DNA of 64,000 bases, taken from the NCBI GenBank assembly GCA_964035545.1, contig OZ037766.1, positions 24,606,126 through 24,670,125 on the forward strand. The letters are read 5' to 3'. The notes under the pieces are model-generated. The model saw only the letters and a list, made by a program, of their open reading frames with translations, searched no databases and was not told the origin of the DNA. A program made the translations under genes and the position numbers. Origin of the DNA: Bugula neritina. Its lineage: Eukaryota; Animalia; Bryozoa. This document shows, piece after piece, positions 1 through 21,146 of the stretch (within the stretch, counting starts at the first letter, position 1; every line of letters starts with the position of its first letter).

Positions 1-836
1 TAATATTCCGATGACGTATTTGACAAGATAATTATTTTCTAATTAGCAGTTTTTTTATGCTTTACTTAAAATTTGCTAACAAATCATAACAGGAAATATT
101 AATGATTTAGTGCACCTGCACAACCTGCCTGCTATAGACTGAGAGTTGACAAAGTTAGCAAGTGACTTTTTACACTTGAGTTATTTTAATTTTATTGTAT
201 ACACTCATGTAATCACTAATGATGTTGAACCATGTAGTCTGATGTTTTTGGGTAGGCTTGGCTTTTAGTGGTTGCATGTTGAACTTTGAAAAGGTATATG
301 GATCGCCTATTTCGAAATAAAACCTGGCTCCCTGTGCTCTTTTAATTCTGTAGCTAATTGTTTAATTTTGGCATGTTTGATTGTATAATGTACTGTTTTA
401 CATCTAGAGAGTCTTGTCTTGAGCCAAGCTGATAAATTTTAGTTTCATTGATGTAAATGGTTATTATACAACAATTTTGATTAAAGCACAAATTTCTACG
501 TAGGCCTATTTATGTTTTGTTCCATTTTTTGCAATTGCACCTTATGCTCTTATGGCTTCAGAATGTTTCTATATTATGTAGTTTTCTTATCGTTGCTTCT
601 CTACAACAAATATTTTTTCCAGAAGCTGATATGTAAAGAGTGAAGCATATAGCAGCAATAAAGATGTTAAATGTATTTTATCACTATATTACACTAAATT
701 GGTCACTATATTACACATAATGACCAATTTCTATAGGTGTAAGCTAAACATGCATTAAAGTATCTATTAAGTTTTATGTTCATGCTGTCTTACTAAGTAA
801 CTTCTAGCAAAAACCTGAGTTGTATAACTTTTACAG

Positions 837-3800
837 CAGTCACCATCTGTAACAACAACGGCATAAGGCGCCCACCTCCTCCTCCATTTCGAGGATCAGA
901 CGGAGCAGTTGGACCAGGTTTCGCATTAGAAATCGATGAGCTCCCTGATTTATGTGAGTGTGTGATCTCTTTTTCACACCTACAACTCAAATAATTAAAT
1001 TACAACCATGAAATTGGTTCCTGCTACTCGAGGGATGATAAGTCAAATTCATTAAGTTTTTCCATTTCAATGTTTAGAACACTAGCTATTACACTATTTA
1101 CTATTAGTTAGATCTCGATCCAACTCGATTTGATTTTCATGAGTACGCTATGGTTTAATTGTAGTGGCAATAAATGATTCAAGCCGAGGTCACCAAAAAG
1201 AAGATCTAATAGTGAAAGCAATATTTGACAACCACTTTGTGAACGTTGATGAAGAATTTATTCTAATTATAAATGCAAGACACGGGAATTGCTACACTTT
1301 TAATATAGATGGAGCTAGAAAAACCAGAAGAGCAATGCCTGGGTATGGTAGGTCTTGCATCTGTTTCATTTTGCTATATTCTAATGACCAGAAGTATAAT
1401 GCTGTTCCACGTAAACTTTCTTAGACATATTGGATTTTTAACATAATATTTTAGTATAACTTGCAGCTTTTGAAACTTTTTAAAACCATTGCAATATGAA
1501 AGATGTTCAACAAAATCAGTGGCTATTTTGAGCAAGACCTTTCACTTATAACAAAATTAGTTGCAATGCAGCAACTTCTACCCTACCTACTTTGAGTTTC
1601 ACATTTAATCTGCACCTTTAAAAAAGTCAGTGGTCGTTCTAGCAACGACCACTAGAATGAGCTCATCACTGAACAAACACAGCGAGAGGGGGGAAGGGAT
1701 GGTTTAAATTAAGATAGCTGTGATATAACAAGCAATGAACATTTAACTTTTCCTTTAGTGTAAATGCGGTATTAGAATTGTAGTTGTGAACTTACCATTC
1801 GAAGCTGGAACCAATTGACTTAAGTTATGGTTTTCTGCAGGTTTAGAGTTGGAGCTGAACATAGAACACTATGCATATGATACGTACGAACTTAGCTATT
1901 ATGATGAGGGACCACTTTATAAACCAGTTGAATGGGTTGGAGCAGTAGTAGAAGTTCATGATATAGACATAGAGCCTACGCCACATGAAAGGGGCATACT
2001 AGTAGCACCCGGTACTCTAAACAGACTTACAATAACTCAGGTAAACTCTTGGTTGTTGCAATTTCAGAACCCCTCATCATCAACTGTAAATCTTGTAATG
2101 TCTATATATATTGGAGTTGCCAATCTTCAAATTACAAGTTACTTGGACATGTCGTAATGTAAATATAAGTTGTAAAAGAACGCTGTTGTATATACTTAAA
2201 ATAAATAACATGACAAAAAGACGATTAAATAGAACTAGATGTACTTTTAGCTGCATCACCTTTGTAACCGCAAATTAATACTTTTACGATTTGTTTTGCA
2301 ATCAGCACAGCAAAATCTCAACACAATTACTACAGTGATTGATTTGAAATATAAAACATGTTATTACTGACTTGTAATGTTTATTTGGAGCATTGTATTA
2401 TATATTGATTTATTGAGCCTATATGCAACATATTTTTAGACTAAGTTTGAGAGAAAAGGTGGAGTTTACGGAGACTGCTTAGATACTACTGATAAGAAGC
2501 CACCAACATTTTATTCTGGAAAATACACCAAGCAACACTGCGATAACACTTGTCTGCAAAAAGAGGTATGCACTTATAAATATCGGAGAGAAATATGTCT
2601 GCAACTGTTAAAAGTAAAATATTGATGTTTTAAATAAGCAAATCTATGTAGAACAATTTTATAGAAAATTGAATATGGCATAGGATGAAGGTAAAGGCAA
2701 CCATTGCATAAATTGTTATTAAAATGGTGTTGCTATGTGCGTTTTGTAATGGTCTATGCACAGAAACAATTTAAAACTACTCTATTTTAAAAATACCTAT
2801 AATCAAAACCTTATGCAAATTTATAGTGACTATCCCCGTAAGAACCACTGATGAAAAGGTTTATTTAAGCGGACTAAGGACTTATTCACATGTGGCACAG
2901 GAGCATTTCTGACTGGATGCTCTTCCTAGCATCACCGCAGTAGCTTTTACTGGGGCTTGAACCCATGACTTTGTGTTTACTAAGTCAAACACTGTAACCC
3001 CTAAACCACGGCTTCTTTCTAAAAGCACCTCCAACAGTACAGTTTAAGAAGGTAAAGGTAGAGTCATAAATTTAGTTTCATTTTACAGGTTATTGAAAAG
3101 TGTTGCTGCTATTTAAAGATTATTAAATACAACTTATCAAACTACACCACTGAATCCTGGAGCTCATCACTAGAAGACAGAAAGTCTGGTCTGAGTAACT
3201 GGACGGAATGTTCTGGGTCCAATCTCACCACTTGTATAGATGAAGATAGTAAGTTGATTTACCCCCTAGACACACTTTGTCGTAACGTCAACCGTACTGT
3301 CAAATGTCAGCCATGTCCGAGCTGACCGTAAGACATTGTGGTACGTCAGGATCAAGCACTGATTGATTAAAACAATTATATCAAACTTCTATTGGACAAA
3401 GAGACGCTTGCGTAAACTTATTGGATATAAAATATGGTTAATGAGGTGTCATAGATTGTACCCAACAGCGGACTTTGAGTGAGAGTTTTACGTTACGACC
3501 TATGTTATGGCAAAACATGTCTAGGGGGTTAGACCAACTATAACATGTAAAACTTTGTTGAATCTCATACTCAAAACCTACTTGCATGACTTAGCTTACA
3601 CATTTTCTTGAAACACACAAATTTATTGTTAACAAACTATAGGTTGCTGGAAGAGAATATGGGAGAAATATGATAGTGGCTCTTTAGCATGTGACAACTG
3701 TACTGATACTTGCAAGTATGCATATAATTTATAAACCTGAAGTAGTGATGGGTGAATGAAGCATGTAAGTTTTAAGAAGCTTACAGAGTATTCATACACC

Positions 3801-5692
3801 TAAAGTATTAGCTGTTGTGATCTGTTTTTTTTTAACTCATCAGCTTGTATTGATTTGGGATGTTCAAGTAACGATCTCTATAAGTTCAACCTCAACTGAA
3901 ATTAAACTTTTTCACTTTTTATCTAAATTATTCAATTATGATATTGCTAACACAGTTTATAACATTGATATCACCAATGAAAAATAAAAACGTAAAAACT
4001 CTAATGCTTGATAAAAATAGAAAAAATTATTTTTCGCATATTTTTTCAATTAAGCTTGAATACATTCAATTTAATCATATTAAACCTTTTTATTCTGTGA
4101 TTAACCAAAAAACTACAAAGTAAAGTTATAACTCATCGCACATCTTCAAATATATAGAATGCTTTCTGATTGCAGGGAAACAATATATGCTACAAAGTTA
4201 GCCTCAGTTCCATGGCCTGCACCAGCGTATTATGTGAGTAGTTTTACTAGGCCTACCATCATTTTCAAGTTACCTCAGTTTTTGTAGAAAATAAGGATAA
4301 TATCTCAGTAAGCAATAGCAATCACTTAGTCTAAAACTTGCACACAAAGCATGTCGGATGCCCTCAATACACATATTCAATGCTTACAGAGCTGAATGAT
4401 TTTGAACCTTACTAAAGCCGAACATATTTAGCATGTTGAAAAATTACTAGTTATAAATATGACAATCTAGTAGATAACAGTCTGTTCAAAATTGCAAATT
4501 TTTGCACCAATCCCAAATATAATCGGACTGAAATATAAATAAAATAATTTATTTCTAGCTATCTCTGAGCAATTTTTAATTGATGTCTATAAGCTAGGCA
4601 GCTGAAATATATTTTTTAGAAGCATTTAGTTAATAGACTGACGCCATTTTTACCCGAACACTATTTACTAGTATTACACATTTAAGCTAGTTGAAAAATA
4701 TGCAAACAAACATTTAAATTTTAAATTATTTCCAATAAAATAGAATTTGGCTAAAATTAAAATTTAGCCAGTTTGAAGGCTACATTGTAAAGAGATATCA
4801 AAACTGTCTTTGTTAATCCTGGCCTGTTTCGTGCAGTAAATTTTAAACAAAATTTTTAGAAACCTAAAAAAGATTTGCAACGGTGTAATCAACAGCATAG
4901 GAATAACAAGTTATGTGTGCCAATAATCATCCTGATGTTCAAAACATTAGTGGAATCTTCTACTAGCTATTACTTATCAGTATTTAATTTACTCACAAGA
5001 AATTTCCATAGCTAGAAGGTTATAGTCACAACAATTCTAAACTATTTTTGTAGGATAGCCAAATACGTGTGAATGAAGCAATAAGGAATACTTTGGCTGA
5101 ATATAGACATTTAGACACAAATCAAAGTTATATCCCTTTGAGTCTATACAAAGAAAATTTCCTCAAAGTACAGATTTACTATGAAAGTCTATCAACAACA
5201 TTTGTGAGAGAACAGGCTGCCATTAGCCAGTTTGAGTTTGTGTCTGAGCTAGGTACATGCACTCTATAGGGGCAACTTATAATACAATAATTAGTATGTG
5301 ATCTTCATTGCTCAAGTAAAGGTTTTCTTATTAAATGAAACTTTGTTGTTTAAGAATTGTTATTTATTATAGTATCACACTCAGCTATTCAGCAGCTTTT
5401 ATAGTCGCAATTGTAGGCCAATATAAAATGATTTCATATTTGAGCGTGTATAGTAACATATTTTTGTTGTGCTCAATTATTTTACCAAGTTTAGCTTAAA
5501 TCTATTTTATGATTGATCAAAGTTTGTGTAAACCTGTGTTATTAGTTAATTATTGTTTAATTTTCAGGTGGAACTTTTGGTCTGTGGATAGGATGGACAA
5601 TTCTCACCATATTTGAGTTCTTTGAGTTTATGAGTGACTTAATATTTGTGAAATTCATGTCAAAAGCAAAAAAATTAAATGATGAAACGTAA
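837..5692 (+). CDS. DEG/ENaC (ASIC-like) sodium channel paralogue A; 5' exons (N-terminus, TM1) not found and presumably upstream of the window
   Basis: Phase-consistent GT-AG exons 837-953, 1165-1347, 1841-2040, 2440-2565, 3089-3248, 3643-3715, 4176-4233, 5054-5252, 5568-5692 (TAA). Motifs: VTICNNN, GHQKEDL, GNCYTFN, GLELELNIE, Cys-rich thumb, WP, ENFLKVQIYYESL, SELGGTFGLWIGWTILTIFEFFE (TM2). Confidence 0.9.
2829..3015 (-). mobile_element. tRNA-derived SINE-like repeat, family 1
   Basis: Reverse complement has A-box CGTGGTTTAGGGGTT, B-box GGGTTCAAGCC and body AGGAAGAGCATCCAGTCA shared with other copies. Confidence 0.7.
3261..3529. mobile_element. MITE (~265 bp) with CCCCCTAGACA termini, in intron of channel A
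   Basis: TIRs ACCCCCTAGACACACTTTGTCGTAAC / GTTATGGCAAAACATGTCTAGGGGGT; related copy at ~25098-25357. Confidence 0.75.
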
Positions 5693-5865
5693 TAACAAAG
5701 TGAATGGCATTATTATACTCTATACTTTATAACTATATATAGCTTATTATATTATTGAATTTTTTAAAAAGTTAAAATTGAATAAATGAAAGATCAGAAA
5801 CTTAATTTATTAATACCAAAATTATTACATAATGTTATTTATTATTTAATTAGTGTTTGGAATTA

Positions 5866-5921
5866 CACACACACGCACAGGCACACGCACACGCACACGC
5901 ACACACACACACACACACACA
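5866..5921. repeat. (CA)n microsatellite downstream of channel A stop
   Basis: Seen directly. Confidence 0.9.
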
Positions 5922-7845
5922 ACAATAGTTTTTCATTATTTGTGATGGCTTTGATTGCCATGAGAGAAGGGAATTTTTAATATGGGTAATTCACAAGAAA
6001 AAAAAACATAAAAGTTGTTAACATAAAGCTGACAAAATTATGTTACTATTGGTAATAAAGTCGACATATGTTCTTGAACTCACATGGTTTGTTCTAATGA
6101 TAGCAACTAGTACTGCGGTTTGAATTTTACACATGAAAGCAATTATCATTTAAGTCAACTTTTAACATAAAAAGTTTCGACTTAAAAGCAATGCCACATT
6201 TTGTATAAAGCATGTATTTTATATAATTATGCAGGCATGTAGAATTTCACTCTAGCATTACATCAGATCTGGGTTTGGAAAGCCTGCAAGATGTTCAGAG
6301 ATGCAAACTACTTAACACTATGACTAACTTCCAAACCCACATTGCTGTATATTTGGCTGGCTTATATATACCAATATACCAGCACATTCCATCTAGCAAG
6401 TATGCAGAAAACTAGAACGTATACTTGCAAGGTTACATTGAGTAATAAATATACAACTGATACTAGCTATAATATATCTTGTAAACTCTAGCAACATGTG
6501 TTTCTAAAGATAAAAATCGTTTTACTTGGAGATCATTAAATACTACTGGTATATGCATGCTGTGTGATTTCATTGCCTCTGTACTAAAGTTAGGCTTTTG
6601 ATCTACCACCCAGTATCACCCAAACATACAATGAATTTGCTGTCGCGGTTTACATGAACTTGTGATTGTGGCTTCATTTGATGCAACTGTTGCCAATCAT
6701 CAAATGAAACATCCATGATTGTATAATGGGGAGTTTTGAGATGCAGTCATTTTTCATGCCACTGTATGGCTTAATAACCATACAATATTACATGAACTGG
6801 TTGAGTTGTATAGCAATGGATTGTTGTATTCCGATGTACATATAATTTTTAGTCAACCAAAAAGTATAGTGGCATAAAGATGAGGTAATTTAATTCAATT
6901 TATTATTATTAATTCATTTAATTAATTTAACCTAATAAACTTAACAAACTGAAACAATTTGCGTATCACGGCAAAGTTACATTTACACAGCTGCAAACAG
7001 GTTAATTTTGTTGGTTACTTTTTAGACAGAAGCTTACAAAATAAAATAAATTGTTCTTGTTTTAAATATTTTATTATTGTATCCATAATTCTATAACTTA
7101 ACAATAATCAAACATGGCATACGAATGTGTAGCAATACTGCATTGTAAAAAGCTAAGAATTAACCTGCAATAACATACAAACTTACGCATTCAGTTTTAT
7201 TTTGGGTAGCCTACTCTATTATAAATATAGCACAACATCAAATCAAATAGAGAAATTTTCAAGGATATAGCAGACTTGAAATATATACTGCCGCTACACA
7301 TATAAGAAATGCCTTTAAACATTTGTTCATCTATCTATGCTATTGTGAGTGGCGCTACAAAATTTTTTATCGGGTGCAAGACATGCCGTGTTATCTAGTA
7401 GTAGAGAGAATGCATTGAGTTCACAGCAAATGTACACAAGCTATTTAACCGTGAGTCTCCATAGCTTTATATTGAAAAGCTTGCATATAGTATCAATGCT
7501 ATAGTAATACAACAACCCAGACAGCTGTATATTTTTGTGCATGTATAGCCATAATAATTGCCATTTGTAAAAATATAATTTTTCAAACGTAAATTCATGT
7601 AATTTTTTTACATATATATACTACGTAGTACATACTAAAATTTTAGTGCCTAAATTAAAGAGTTGAGTTAGTCTGAGTAGTTCAACTTTCATGCATAGTC
7701 ATCTAAGCAGATAAAATGGTGCTTTGTTATGCTGGTACACTTATTCAAAGCTGCTGCACACAGTAACAGTTTACTGTACATACATTTATATATAGATCTG
7801 TGAAAAGTGTAGGCGCAAGAATATTTGTATGAAGAAACAGCACTG

Positions 7846-7889
7846 CAGGAGGAGGAGCAGCAACAGCAGCAGCAGCAACAGCAGCAGCA
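7846..7889. repeat. (GAG)/(CAG) trinucleotide tract upstream of channel B
   Basis: GCAGGAGGAGGAGCAGCAACAGCAGCAGCAGCAACAGCAGCAGCA; no supporting ORF. Confidence 0.8.
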
Positions 7890-8106
7890 CTGATTGAAGG
7901 ATCTGATTTCAATTTATATTGCCTAGTAGTGGCAGTAGTTGAAGAAAGTTGTTACAACAATTTTAGTAACCAGGTCATCTATGATACAAGTGGGTTTGTA
8001 TATAACTATGTCTTGAAGATATTAAACAAAGTTATTTTAATGTTTTTTAAGTTAAACTGACTCCTAAACATTTAGGTGTGTATATGTAATGTTGAAGTAG
8101 TATAGA

Positions 8107-8325
8107 GAGCAGTTGTGGTCTAGGAGTTAAAGCACTGGTCTTGTAAATACAAGGTCAGTGGTTAGAATAAAAGTCATTGGTAATGTTAGGAAGTCCACAA
8201 CTACTCCTTTGCCAGAATAGAAAACAAGTCTTTAGCACCTGTTAGAGACTTTTCTATCAGAGGTTTTCCATGCAGTATGACAAATATATAAACCCAACTG
8301 AGTGGAATATAAACCCAACTGAGTG
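8107..8325 (+). mobile_element. tRNA-derived SINE-like repeat, family 1
   Basis: GAGCAGTTGTGGTCTAGGAGTTAAAGCAC head, shared body, ATAAACCCAACTGAGT tail repeats. Confidence 0.65.
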
Positions 8326-9121
8326 CGTAGACATATTTAGGCAGTGGGAAGATTTTTATATTGTAGCTAATTATTGATTTAAAAGTATTAACTTGCTAAC
8401 AGCTTAGTTTAATCAAAAAGACATTTATACATATTTCATTCAGGTCCCTCGAAAGCATTTTAAAATTTCTCCTTAGACCTAATTGAAGCATCTTTTGGAA
8501 ACTAACAAAGACACAAATAAACTCAGACAATTCTGCTGTATAAGACTTGATTTGATTTAAATGCCTACACTTTGTGTTACTTTTAATAAAAATCTATGTT
8601 ATATACACAGAAAGATAGAAACCACTAATAGTGGTAATTTATATTATTCATGTAGATATTAATATTTCAAATTGTAAAACTGAGTTCACATTTTAATATA
8701 TAAAAAAGGTTATACAAAACTTCATGCTTGTCATCTACAAAATTATAATTTAAAAAAAGTGGTCTACAAACGACAAAATTGTTTCTTCAAGCGGTGTATC
8801 TAGTATTTTGCTATGACAATTGAAAAATACTTTTGCCCCCCCCCACTGGGAATCAAAACTGATACCTCTGGCTTGCAAGCAAGTGTGCTAACCATGCATT
8901 ACACTACGGGACCATTGGGTAAACTCATGCATCACTACAGTAATTGGAATTAAAAAGAGTAAGTCATTTACACTGCATGGTATATTGCTTATAATTTATA
9001 ATGATAATAATACCAATTTAAGTTCAATTTAACCCAATAAAATTTAAACATTATAATATTTCAACATTTTGATTGTTTTGTTCATACGTTAACATAAGAC
9101 TAAATTTTAAGGTGCTTTAAA

Positions 9122-17687
<8,566 letters not shown>

Positions 17688-18446
17688 GATAGGTCCTGCT
17701 ACCTGATCAGAATATAGTTGTGAAAGGTAAACCAAATTGGTGGTGGTTTTTCATTCATTGGTTATTACTCAGTAAATTTGTATCATTTTTACTCTTTTAT
17801 TAAATAATTATAAAAAGAAGCTACAGAAGCATTCTATTATAAAGCTGAATACTTCAATTTTTCTAAATCTAATACAACCTCAATAACTAGCCAGTGATAA
17901 AATAGCATTGTTCATCCTTATACTGTATATTAGCATAAGATAGAATACCAATTATTATGTAGATTTATAAAACCATATGCATGATTTGGTTGGGGGATTT
18001 TTGTATATAATATATAATTATATTATATTATATAATTATAATGTTAGGCCATACTAGCTTTTTAACTATAGTAGTTAACATACATGTTTGGAAATTTAAT
18101 ATAAACTAACATTATACTTGTATTGCACTGTATAATTATGAACAATATATGCTACTACTATTGACTGTGTATTAAACTGTGTAGTTAGTTTCATTCAGAT
18201 AGCTATAGTGTTCCTGAATTTCTATGATTAATATAATTAGTATATGCTTAGTAAAAAATCAGTCTTATAACAATAATTTGAGAGTGGAAAATTTTTATAC
18301 GCGTGTCAAGAATAAAACTTCAAAGTAGCAAAGACTACATTTATAGATAATTATAGTTCCATTTTATTTTTGCATAGTTTTTCCGACTGCTTTCATGTTT
18401 GCTCATTTTTTTGTTATACACATTTATGTATATTTTCTTTTGCTTA

Positions 18447-18718
18447 CTGTAGTGATGGTTAGCACACTTGCTTGCAAGCCAGAGGTCTTGGGTTCGAATC
18501 CCAGTAGGGGCAATTATTTTTCAAGCTATTTTGGTCTTTAGTGAAGTTTAGTAGTACTCCGAGGGAGTTGAGAGGCCAGGGAAGCCTGATGACTGAAGGA
18601 GTAGTAGATAGGCCAGTGGAGTTCAGAGAACTGGGTGGGATATAGTGTTGAGTTTACCCAGTGGCCTCCGTGGTGTAAGCTAGAGGTCTTAGTTTTGAAT
18701 CCCAGTTGGGGCAATTAT
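18447..18718 (+). mobile_element. Dimeric tRNA-derived repeat, family 2 (tRNA-like / linker / tRNA-like)
   Basis: Two tRNA-like units ending GAATCCCAGT.GGGGCAA, separated by a linker homologous to the reverse complement of ~34420-34540. Confidence 0.7.
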
Positions 18719-19901
18719 TTTTCACTTACAAATTGTAGCATTATTAAAGGGTGCTTAATCAAATGGATGGATAGATCACAGCTGTTATTAGTTAGTTAAA
18801 ACATCTTTACAGTACAGCGAGGAAATAAGTTTTTATAAATGCATGCATTTCTCATCTTTAGAAAACTACATTTGATTTTTTATAGCTACAAATTTAAATT
18901 AGAAATTTTAAGCTTTAAGCTTTCGACAACACATTTTGTTTCTAGCAAAACATTTCATACACATTTAACAAATCAATCTATCAACTCTTTTATGTCTAGC
19001 CTTTTTCCTATAACACCGCTTGGAGCTAGACTCAAATTCAAATTCTTAGTAATAAGGACTAGAAACAAACAACTGTAGAACAGGCAAATTATAGTTTGTC
19101 AACTTTGAGAAGGTTACCTGCTGGTGCAGGGTATACTACATGCACATACTGCTTTAGATAATGTTTTTACACAGCGGTTTATGCAGCATTGTAGTCTATT
19201 TATTGTTCAATCATTTGCAACTGTTTCTTACAACTGTATATGCGATAGTCCCTATTAAGTAAAAGCTTAAAACTACAAAATATAGTGCAATCAGCACAGA
19301 TGCAATGATTATAGTTATTATATATTTCTAATATATAGTGCTAAAGCCTAAAATTTTATGTGTGAATTCTTTAAAAAAAATTGTATACTAGAGAAATTTG
19401 TTTATGATTAGAAAATTTTTATTGAAATTATAGTGCATGTTAGCCTGTTAATAACATCTTGGTGTTATTGATATAATTATCAATTTTTTTCTAGTAAAAC
19501 TTAGAAAAAAGTGCAACTTTTAAGCTGCAATAATGATGAATGATCAGAATAGTTATTACAATTATCTGTATAAATATATAGCTGAATATATTGCTTCTCT
19601 ATTTGCATTTATTATAACCAATTACCACACAATGTTATAATATACTACTTTATATTATAAACATACAAACAACAAAAATAAAAAACAATAGAAAAGATAT
19701 TCTCTGATCCTTGCTATAATTTTGATTGTTGTTGTAGTTATACCTAATCTATAGTCATAGTTTGCAAGAAATATTGTTTTAAAAGCTCTATTAAATTTCT
19801 AAACCAATTATTGTATAATTTTAGAAACTGAAAACTGTAAAATATACAGTAGCTTTGATAATTTTTTTATTTCAATGTTCATCATTAAAAGTTTTTGCAT
19901 T

Positions 19902-21050
19902 CTATGTGCTAAACTCCCAGAGCTTAGCATATCTACTTGGTTCTCCCTTTTCAGCTGCCACGTCTGAATAATCACGACTCATCACATTCTTTCCGTCGTC
20001 ATCGTATCTGATAGTAAAAACACCACAAACCAAATTATAGTTTATATTTATTGTTGAACTCTGATAAATTACTTTATAAATTTCAAATAAATTCAAGAAT
20101 TTTTTTACAACCAGTAGATTACTTGCTATACTGCAGATGAATAACAATTAAGAAACATGCACTCATTAGTACATAATTTTTGCACTGAAAACTTAAAAAC
20201 GATGCGTATCCAGACATGCATCTTAATCTACAGAGCACACTGTGTTTGAAACGTTGCAGTTTAAAAAGAATTCACAGTTTCTACAGCGAGTGTAGAAAAT
20301 TAATGAATGAAACTTAACTATAATACATGTACAATAATTTTAACAAAGAAAGTGATTGAATAAATAAGATATACCCAGGTATATTCCAATGCTCCTTTGG
20401 ATTTTAGATTAGAATGTCTAAATCTGGTTGAGTTGTAAATAGCTATAAATTACATAGATATGTGACAAATTTTGATTGAAAACTATTTGCAAAGAAAGAA
20501 AACTATATTGATATTTGTAAAAATTTGTTATTGAAAACTTTAAATCATTTTAACCCCGTTTACAGGGTAATCAGTAGGCTATTTCAGCCGGCGTTTTAGC
20601 TTTTAGAGTTGATATTTGTACTGTATATCTTATATGGAATCACTTTACCAACTTTTTATGCTTTTATACAGAAGATTTATATGCAACCTATAGCTCTTTC
20701 AGCATTTTAAAAATTTTCTAAATTCAAGGGCACCTTTAACATCATAAATATTCTATTGCTATATAGAAACGTCTACTAACTTTGCTGCAGCACAGGACCT
20801 TCCAAATGATTTGCTAAGTGCTCTCATATAAGTTGCATCATTACCACAACACAGTCCTATATATGTCAAACCCATCTTTTTACACTCTTCTGCAAACCAT
20901 CCAATTTCTTTAAGAGATACGTAATGCTCCTTCAAGTCACTAGGAAAACAAGGCTCACCTAAAACATGTGTGTAACTTACCTAAAGGAGAGTGTGGCAAA
21001 ATAAAGACACACACGTGTGTGTGTGCGCGTGCATGTGTGTGTGTGTGTGC

Positions 21051-21146
<96 letters not shown>

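Noticed and set aside
7846-7889. PolyQ coding exon
   Set aside because: Stop follows immediately and no convincing phase-compatible link to the channel CDS was found.
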